DNA of 64,000 nt from Acidobacteriota bacterium. Its GTDB lineage: Bacteria; Acidobacteriota; UBA6911; RPQK01; JAJDTT01. The DNA lies in the NCBI GenBank assembly GCA_965263035.1, contig OZ253580.1, positions 4,032,001 through 4,096,000 of the forward strand, written 5' to 3'. The notes beneath the pieces were generated by a model. That model was not told the origin of the DNA. It searched no databases and was given only the letters and a program-made list of their open reading frames with translations. Position numbers and translations under genes: made by a program. Below are positions 57,585 to 64,000 of the stretch, in pieces. Positions within the stretch are counted from its first letter, which is position 1, and each line of letters opens with the position of its first letter.

Positions 57585-58714
57585 ATGATGCGACCGCCAT
57601 CGCTGTTCCCCACCACCGTCGTCGGCAGCCTTCCCCGCCCCCAATGGGTCATGGACCTCTTCGCCCAGGAGATTTCGGGACAGGTCGATCCGGAAACCTT
57701 CCAGTCCCGCTTGGACAGCGCGGTCCTTTACGCCATCCAACTCCAGGAAATGGCCGGGTCGACATCATCAGCGACGGCGAGTATCGGCGCGAAAGCTACG
57801 TCAAGATCTTTGCCCAGCGGGTGGGCGGATTCGAGAGGGATCTGCTGGACGGATCGGCGATTCTGGATGACGGCCAGTTCTACGACAGCCGGGCCCGCCA
57901 GGTGGTCGCGCCCTCCCAGGCCGAGTCTCCTCTTCGTTATCCGGCGGTGGTCCGGCCCATCGAGGCCGGTCGACCGGTGGTCCTGGAAGAGGCCAGGTTT
58001 CTGCTGACCCACACTTCGCTGCCGGTCAAGGTGACCCTGCCCTCGCCCTACATTCTGGCCCGGCGTCTCTGGCACCCTGACTATTCGCGTGAGGCCTATC
58101 CGACTCGACAGGATTTCCTGAACGACATCATCCCGGTCCTGCGCCGGGAAGTCCGTGAGCTGGAGGCCCTGGGAGTCTATTTCATTCAACTGGACGATCC
58201 TTGGCTCTCGCTCTTCGTGGACGATGGCTACCGGAGCCATTTCGAGGCGGTGGAGCGGGAGATCCACACCAGTATCGACTGCATCAACCAGGTCGTTTCG
58301 GGAATCCGGCAGGCCAAGACCGGAGTCCATTTCTGCCGGGCCCACTACAACCGCAAGACCGGGTTTCGGGGAGACTATTCCTATCTCCTGCCCTATCTGA
58401 AAGACCTCCGAGTCGACCAGTTGGTCATGGAGTTCGCACTTCCCAACGCTGGGTCAATTGAGGTTCTGGAGGCGTTTCCGGAGCATCTGGAATTGGGACT
58501 GGGTTGCGTCGACGTCCGGGCCGAGGAGATTCCCCTACCCGGCCGCATCGTGGAGATGGTTCGCCGGGCGGCCCGTTACGTGGGACGCGATCGGATCACA
58601 CTGAATCCCGACTGCGGATTCGCTCCCTCGAACACCAACCCGATTCCCCTGGACGAAGCGTACCGCAAGCTCAAGGCCATGGCCGAGGCGGCCCGCCGGC
58701 TGAGAGAAGGGTAA
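57585..58714 (+). pseudogene. Cobalamin-independent methionine synthase II family protein, frameshifted
   Basis: TTVVGSLPRP...LQEMAG in one frame continues as VDIISDGEYRRES in another; one G missing at 57756-57758; HFC, E and NPDCG Zn motifs intact. Confidence 0.8.
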
Positions 58715-58751
58715 CGGAGTGAGCGCGGATGGAAGAGGAGGATTGTAGCAG

Positions 58752-60083
58752 GTGATGGAGAAACGACCTTTTCAGTCCGAGTCCTCCGCCGGTCGAGGAC
58801 AGCCGGCTCGCAGCGTCGTCATACAGAGTCGTCTCCTGGCGGACGGAGTTTCCGGCTGCTCCCGGACGGGCCAGGCTCTGCTGGTTCATGAGGGCCGGAT
58901 CCAAGCCGTGTGCGCCAGGGAAGAGATTCTGAAGACGGCGCCGCCGGATGCCTCCGTCATCGACCTGGGACGGGCGTGCCTGGCTCCCGGGCTGATCGAC
59001 AGCCACACGCACCTGAGTCTGTCGGGCGACGGCCGCAACTATGGCGAGATGTTCTCCGACTCCGACGAGTTGATGGTGCTCACGGGCGCCATGAACATGA
59101 AGAAGCACCTGGACGCGGGAATCACCACCATCCGGGAGCACGGCGCCCGTAACCGAGTGGGGTTTACTCTCAAGTCCGGACTCGCGCGTGGCTATATCCC
59201 GGGTCCCAGGATGTTGGTGAGCGGGCGCCCCATCACCTGCACCGGCGGTCATTTCCACATGTGCAACGAGGTGGCCGACGGCGAGGCGGAGATCCGGAGG
59301 TCCGTCCGACGTCTGGTCCACGAGGGCGCGGACTACATCAAGATCATGGCCTCCGGCGGAGGAACGGCCGGCACCATTCCGGGAGTGGCCACCTATACCG
59401 TCGAGGAACTCCATGCCGCCGCCCACGAGGCTCACCACTTCCACCGTCTGACCGCAGCCCACTGCCGGGCCAAGGAGTCCATGCGCCGCGCCGTGGAGGC
59501 GGGCATCGATCTGATGGAGCATGCCGAGTTCATGGATCCGGACGACAGGATGCGTTTCGATCCCAAGATCGCCGAGATGATGGCCGAGTCGGGCATCTGG
59601 GTCAGTCCGACCCTGCAGACCTGGTGCAGCTATCCCAGGGTTCTGGAGCTGAGGCGGAAGCGGGATTCGGGTGCGGCCGCGCCTTCGGAGGAGAAAGAAC
59701 TGGATCATCTCGAGGAGCGGATGGAGAGGCGCCTGGAGATCATGCGCCGCATGCTGGATTACTGTCTGCGCGAGCGCATCGTTCCCGGAACCGATTCGGG
59801 AGTCTCCAACATCGCCTTCGGGCACCTGGACTACGATCTCCAGATTCTCCACCAGGTCGGATTCACTCCCTCCGAGTGCCTGGCCTCGGCCACACGCATC
59901 TCGGCGGAGGCGATCGGACTTCAAGACGAGATCGGCACTATCGAACCGGGGAAGCGGGCCGACCTGGTGGCCCTGGACGGAGACCCGAATCAGGATGTGA
60001 CCGCTTTCAGCCGGATCGTGGCCGTCATCCAAGCCGGAAGGCGGCTGGTTCAGGCCGACTTGAAGGACCCCTCGACTCCATGA
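58752..60083 (+). CDS. Metal-dependent amidohydrolase (prolidase-like)
   Basis: PGLIDSHTH, GADYIKIMASGG, AAH, MEH, GTDSG, GTIEPGKRADLV. Confidence 0.9.
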   Translation: MMEKRPFQSESSAGRGQPARSVVIQSRLLADGVSGCSRTGQALLVHEGRIQAVCAREEILKTAPPDASVIDLGRACLAPGLIDSHTHLSLSGDGRNYGEMFSDSDELMVLTGAMNMKKHLDAGITTIREHGARNRVGFTLKSGLARGYIPGPRMLVSGRPITCTGGHFHMCNEVADGEAEIRRSVRRLVHEGADYIKIMASGGGTAGTIPGVATYTVEELHAAAHEAHHFHRLTAAHCRAKESMRRAVEAGIDLMEHAEFMDPDDRMRFDPKIAEMMAESGIWVSPTLQTWCSYPRVLELRRKRDSGAAAPSEEKELDHLEERMERRLEIMRRMLDYCLRERIVPGTDSGVSNIAFGHLDYDLQILHQVGFTPSECLASATRISAEAIGLQDEIGTIEPGKRADLVALDGDPNQDVTAFSRIVAVIQAGRRLVQADLKDPSTP

Positions 60084-60409
60084 CGGCCCGAAAGTCATCT
60101 GGCGCCTGGCAGGGAGTCTACGCGCTGGTCCGGAGGATTCCGGCGGGCAAAGTCATGAATTACGGACAGATCGCTCGCCTCCTGGACCGGCCTCTCTCGG
60201 CTCGTGCGGTGGGCTGGGCCATGCACTCCTGCCCTCCGGGTCATCCCTGGCATCGAGTCGTCAGTGCGACGGGCGAGTGTTCCACCGATCGACTCGCCTC
60301 TCATACCCCGGGTCTCCAAAAGGCGCTGCTGGAAGCCGAGGGCGTCCGCTTCGGCCCTTCGGGGCGCGTGGATATGGACCGCTTCCGGTGGAACCCGGAA
60401 GCGGCGTAG
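60080..60409 (+). CDS. Alkyltransferase-like protein (ATL/YbaZ type)
   Basis: IPAGKVMNYGQIA, ARAVG, PWHRVV (Trp in place of the catalytic Cys), LLEAEGV. Confidence 0.9.
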   Translation: MTARKSSGAWQGVYALVRRIPAGKVMNYGQIARLLDRPLSARAVGWAMHSCPPGHPWHRVVSATGECSTDRLASHTPGLQKALLEAEGVRFGPSGRVDMDRFRWNPEAA

Positions 60410-60442
60410 AAACTGACCGGAGCTATGCCTTCCGGCGTTGGT

Positions 60443-61564
60443 TCAGACTCGGACGCGGGCCCAGTGGACGCTGAGGCAGCGTTCGCTCTCGCCGGCGTAG
60501 TAGGCGAGCAGAACCAGATCGTCTTCCAACAGGACCGCGGCGGGGTGGCCGAAGGTCCACTTCACCATGTCCTCCCAGAATCCGCTCAGGTCCTCTCGAT
60601 CGCCCATACCCCGCTCTTTGGGTCCCCCGGAGGCATAGACCACCAACTCCTTCGACAGATCCCAGGTTCTGCCCTCATCCGGCGACATGACCAACCGTAG
60701 GCTGCCCGGGGGATGGCGGTGCACATAGAAGAGGCCCAGCCGGCCATCGGGCAACGGCACGGGGACGGCGATCTGTCCCCGGATCCCCGTGGAGAAGGGT
60801 GGCTCCCAGGTCAGGGTCTCCGGGTCCCCCCAGGACAAATGGATTTCCAGGTCCTTCCGCGACACGCGATCATAGGTCCAGAAGGCGGCCACCGGGCGTC
60901 CCGTCCGAGGGCAGACCGCTTGGCGCTGGTCGTAGAAGAAGAGGCGGTCCGCCGGATCTCTGGCCACGTCGATGACCTGATCGAAAGCTCCCTCATCCGC
61001 CGCCAGCAGGGCATGAGCCGAGTGGAGGCTCGTCCCCCCCTCCCGCTCCGGTTCCTGCCGTTCGATCGGCACCAGCCAACCGCGACGCGGAACCCGGATC
61101 GGGCTTCCGGCCAGGACCGGGTAGTTCCACGGCGACGTGTCCAGGACTTCATAGCCGGACCAGGTCGCACCTCCATCCGTGGAGCGCGCCTGGATGATGC
61201 GGCACGGCGCCACGTGATCGCCCTCGCTGTCATACAGGGGCCGGCCGCCGGATCGGTGAAGCCACGTGAGAAATGCCAGCAGAGTGCCGTCGGACAGGGG
61301 GACGAGCTCGGCCGCCCGCACCTCACCGGGGACGCCGGTAAAGGCAGGGCGAAAGCTGTCGGAGATGACCTGCCAATGGCGGCCGCCATCGACACTCGAG
61401 GCCACCAGACAGTTGCCGTCCGCCGACTCCTTGTCGCTTCCCCGGCGGAAGGTGGCCAGCACTCGTCCGCCGGGCAGCCGGCACAGGGAAGTAAAGCAAT
61501 GGGACCTCTTGCCTCCCCGCATATTCCCGGCGTCGATGATGGTTCCTCGCTCCACGATCTCCAT
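60443..61564 (-). CDS. Sialidase/BNR family protein
   Basis: Asp-boxes SVDGGRHW, STDGGATW, SPDEGRTW; FGHP...YYAG. Confidence 0.85.
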   Translation of the reverse strand: MEIVERGTIIDAGNMRGGKRSHCFTSLCRLPGGRVLATFRRGSDKESADGNCLVASSVDGGRHWQVISDSFRPAFTGVPGEVRAAELVPLSDGTLLAFLTWLHRSGGRPLYDSEGDHVAPCRIIQARSTDGGATWSGYEVLDTSPWNYPVLAGSPIRVPRRGWLVPIERQEPEREGGTSLHSAHALLAADEGAFDQVIDVARDPADRLFFYDQRQAVCPRTGRPVAAFWTYDRVSRKDLEIHLSWGDPETLTWEPPFSTGIRGQIAVPVPLPDGRLGLFYVHRHPPGSLRLVMSPDEGRTWDLSKELVVYASGGPKERGMGDREDLSGFWEDMVKWTFGHPAAVLLEDDLVLLAYYAGESERCLSVHWARVRV

Positions 61565-61596
61565 AGCGATCCCCGTTCTCCTCTCTTCTCAGAAAC

Positions 61597-61853
61597 GAGG
61601 AAAGAGTAAAGAAAAAAGAGGAAAGAGTGAAGACGGCGAAGCGTTTACGCGTAGCGGGACGGAGGATGAAAAAGGTTCTCGTCGAGGACAACTGATCCAG
61701 AATAGCTCGATGCCTTGTTTATTCCGTGACTCCGACGGGTCCCGGCCGGTAGGAGAGTTTCTATCTCCCAAGCTGCGAAGGTCGAAAAGAACAAACGCCC
61801 ACCAGCTGTCTCCACCGCGCCTCTTCCTCTCTTTCCTCTTTTTCTCTTTCCTC
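61597..61853. repeat. Spacer bounded by inverted purine-rich heptamer arrays
   Basis: Left GAGGAAAGAGTAAAGAAAAAAGAGGAAAGAGTGAAG; right is the complement of GAGGAAAGAGAAAAAGAGGAAAGAGAGGAAG. Confidence 0.6.
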
Positions 61854-63039
61854 ATACTTGGTAGATCCGGGCCGCGTTCCCTCCCAGGACCAGGCTGCGG
61901 TCCTCCTCGGTCATGAACTCGGTGTGGTGGCGGATGGTGTCGATGCACTGCTTGTAGGTGCAGGCTCGCCCCGCCCACGGCATGTCGGCTCCCCAGATCA
62001 TCACCCGGGCCCCGAAGCGCTCGTAGATTCTCCGGATCATCTCCTGGTGCCGCGGGTAGGGAAATTCGGAATCTTTCGCTCCCCAGACCGATTCGTTCTC
62101 CCAGGCCAGGACGTAACCGAACTCCAGGTGGAAGTTGCCCAGCTTGAAGAGCTCGAAGAACTCGGTCGGATTGTCCACATGGTTGGGATCGGAGGGCGGC
62201 AGCACATTGCTGCCCTGATGAGCGTTCACCACCTGCAGTTCCGGGAACCGGCGGCAGACGTTCTCGATTTCCCCGATCTCCCGGAGGTAGTCGGCCTTGG
62301 TGTTGAAACCGGTCTCCAGGAAAACCGGAATCTTCATCCGGATGCAGGTCTTCCAGAGGGCCTCGGCGCGGGGATCGTCCCGGGGTTGCCCCTTGGGCAT
62401 GTGGGAGCAGAGTCCGCGGTAGCCCAGTTCGTCGACGGCTCTTTCCAAGGTTTCCAGCTCTTCCGCCAGATGCCGGTCGTCCTTGTTCAGGTCGTAGTCG
62501 ATGTCGGTGGTTCCGATGAAACGGTCGGGCCAACGGCGGATGCAGTTGGCGTAGTAGACTTCGCGGCCCCAGACCTTCGCCATGTATCCGGTCTGGATCA
62601 CTCCCATGTCCACGCCCACCATGTCCATGTGGGCCAACATCTGCTCGGGCTCATGAATGGGATCGAGCATGGTCTGGGGCCCACGGCGGATCCAACAGTC
62701 CTCGCCATGTTTCCGCCATCTCCAGATGCCGTATTTCCCCTGTGTGAACCCGATTTCCTCGTCCGGTTCCGGTATGTACTTGAGATCGGTGTGGCTGGCG
62801 ACGAACCTCCCCCAGAGGCTCCGGACGGCGCCCTGCATGATGCGATTGTGAGTGTTGGGGTCGTCGTATCCGAGGGGGCCGGTCTGATCGGGAAAGACGT
62901 GAACGTGGTGGTCGATGACCAGGGAGCGTTTGGGAGTTTCGGGGGAGCAACCGGAGGCCGTCCAGCTTCCGGCGAGTGCGGGGACGGCCAGAGCGGCCGA
63001 GCCGGTCAGAAAACGGCGTCGATCCAGGTTCGGGTTCAC
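61852..63039 (-). CDS. Amidohydrolase_2 family protein, Tat-exported
   Basis: RRRFLTG signal; IDHHVH, WPDRFIG, IWGADMP, LGGNA; GTG start with AAAGGAG SD. Confidence 0.87.
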   Translation of the reverse strand: MNPNLDRRRFLTGSAALAVPALAGSWTASGCSPETPKRSLVIDHHVHVFPDQTGPLGYDDPNTHNRIMQGAVRSLWGRFVASHTDLKYIPEPDEEIGFTQGKYGIWRWRKHGEDCWIRRGPQTMLDPIHEPEQMLAHMDMVGVDMGVIQTGYMAKVWGREVYYANCIRRWPDRFIGTTDIDYDLNKDDRHLAEELETLERAVDELGYRGLCSHMPKGQPRDDPRAEALWKTCIRMKIPVFLETGFNTKADYLREIGEIENVCRRFPELQVVNAHQGSNVLPPSDPNHVDNPTEFFELFKLGNFHLEFGYVLAWENESVWGAKDSEFPYPRHQEMIRRIYERFGARVMIWGADMPWAGRACTYKQCIDTIRHHTEFMTEEDRSLVLGGNAARIYQV

Positions 63040-63088
63040 GGCGGTAGCTCCTTTCGGGTTTTGGGTCTCAGGCAACATCCGAGGTCAC

Positions 63089-63255
63089 TTAGGAGCCTGC
63101 GCCGCAGAAATTGATCTACTGCGAAAGCGGTAGAATCGGTCCATATTTCCCCGATTTCTCGGCGAATAGAACAACTATGCACCTCAAAACCGAGAAAATC
63201 CGGCCTCGATTCCCCACTTTCTCGCTACGATCATTTCTACCGCGCAGACTCCTGG
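63089..63255. mobile_element. 167-bp MITE-like element, copy 2 (inverted)
   Basis: Reverse complement of 44092-44258 with four internal substitutions; flanks TTAG/CTGG. Confidence 0.88.
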
Positions 63256-63373
63256 TGTCGTCTTCCCGGTAAAGCTCGGCATCTTGTGCCCTTGCGGAAC
63301 GTGACCTATCATGATGGGCGGCCGGTCGCAAGTGAGCGTGCCGGGACTTCGAAACGCCAACGGGAGCGAATGC

Positions 63374-64000
63374 ATGGACACCATTGACTCCGGCATTTTC
63401 ATCATGCCTTTCCACCCCGCAGAGAAGCCTCGGTCCCAATGCCATGACGAGGACCTGGAACTGATCATTCGGGCCGAGGAACTCGGGTTCAGCGAGTTCT
63501 GGATCGGTGAGCATCACACCATGAAGTACGAGAACATCGTGATGCCCGAGATCTTCATCGCACGGGCCCTGGGGGAGACCAGCCGGATTCGGCTGGGCCC
63601 GGCACCGGTCTGTCTCAATCAGCACCATCCGGCCCATGTGGCCTGCCGGCTGGCCTTTCTGGATCATCTCTCCAAGGGGCGGCTCAATCTCTGCTTCGGC
63701 CCAGGCAGCGTGCCGGCAGATATGGAAATATACGGCTTGAAGCCCAAGGACGCCTCTCAGATGGCGTCCGAGGCCACCGACATCATCCTGAAGCTCTGGG
63801 AATCGGATCCTCCGTATGAGTACGATGGGCAGTTCTGGTCCATCCGCCTCAATGACTATGTCGACAAGGAGTCGGGAGTCGGCTTCATCCCCAAGCCGTT
63901 CCAGCGTCCTCATCCCCCCATCGCCGCGCCGGGCACGAGCCGCAATTCCGGGACCATGAAGGCAGCCGGACGGAGGGGATTCCAGCCCTTCGGACATTGT
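63374..64000 (+). CDS. LLM class flavin-dependent oxidoreductase, partial (runs off the window)
   Basis: Hand translation: GIFIMPFHP...AEELGFSEFWIGEHH...SRIRLG...HHPAHVA...LDHLSKGRL...PKPFQRPHPPI. Confidence 0.9.
   Translation, partial: MDTIDSGIFIMPFHPAEKPRSQCHDEDLELIIRAEELGFSEFWIGEHHTMKYENIVMPEIFIARALGETSRIRLGPAPVCLNQHHPAHVACRLAFLDHLSKGRLNLCFGPGSVPADMEIYGLKPKDASQMASEATDIILKLWESDPPYEYDGQFWSIRLNDYVDKESGVGFIPKPFQRPHPPIAAPGTSRNSGTMKAAGRRGFQPFGHC

Noticed and set aside
60080-60409. Inactivated Ogt methyltransferase
   Set aside because: PWHRV is the normal signature of ATL proteins, a known family.

Overview
GC-rich bacterial chromosomal segment; gene content and order suggest Acidobacteriota (inference, not a database result). 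1-13.3 kb is accessory metabolism: YtrA-type GntR/ABC operon, DMFase-beta-like lipoprotein, nucleotidyltransferase, DUF1501 plus planctomycete cytochrome c pair, uronate-isomerase-like enzyme and BNR hydrolase. Next to tRNA-Thr is a tandem array of four paralogous exported Sm-like/glycine-zipper proteins, three of which share a conserved upstream element. 16-28 kb holds M16 peptidases, a hydrolase/AI-2E operon, an ECF sigma locus, an OMP, DUF4159 and an S41 protease homologue lacking its catalytic residues. 28.7-55.5 kb is core genome: hup, tRNA-Val, thrS-infC-rpmI-rplT-pheST-zapB-zapA-6S-rny-ymdB, uvrA, tgt-yajC-secDF, tonB-exbB-exbD-exbD-TPR, rel, rpmB, hbd-recA, tRNA-Gln. The last 8.5 kb is accessory metabolism. 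There is no CRISPR array, transposase or integrase, but there are two copies of a 167-bp MITE-like element plus a 13-bp end remnant, and REP-like repeats. Best leads: the glycine-zipper array and its control element, a ComEA/HhH-like insert in SecF, a structured ncRNA candidate upstream of rel, the S41 pseudo-protease and stacked SD/start repeats before recA. All family assignments come from motif recognition by eye.
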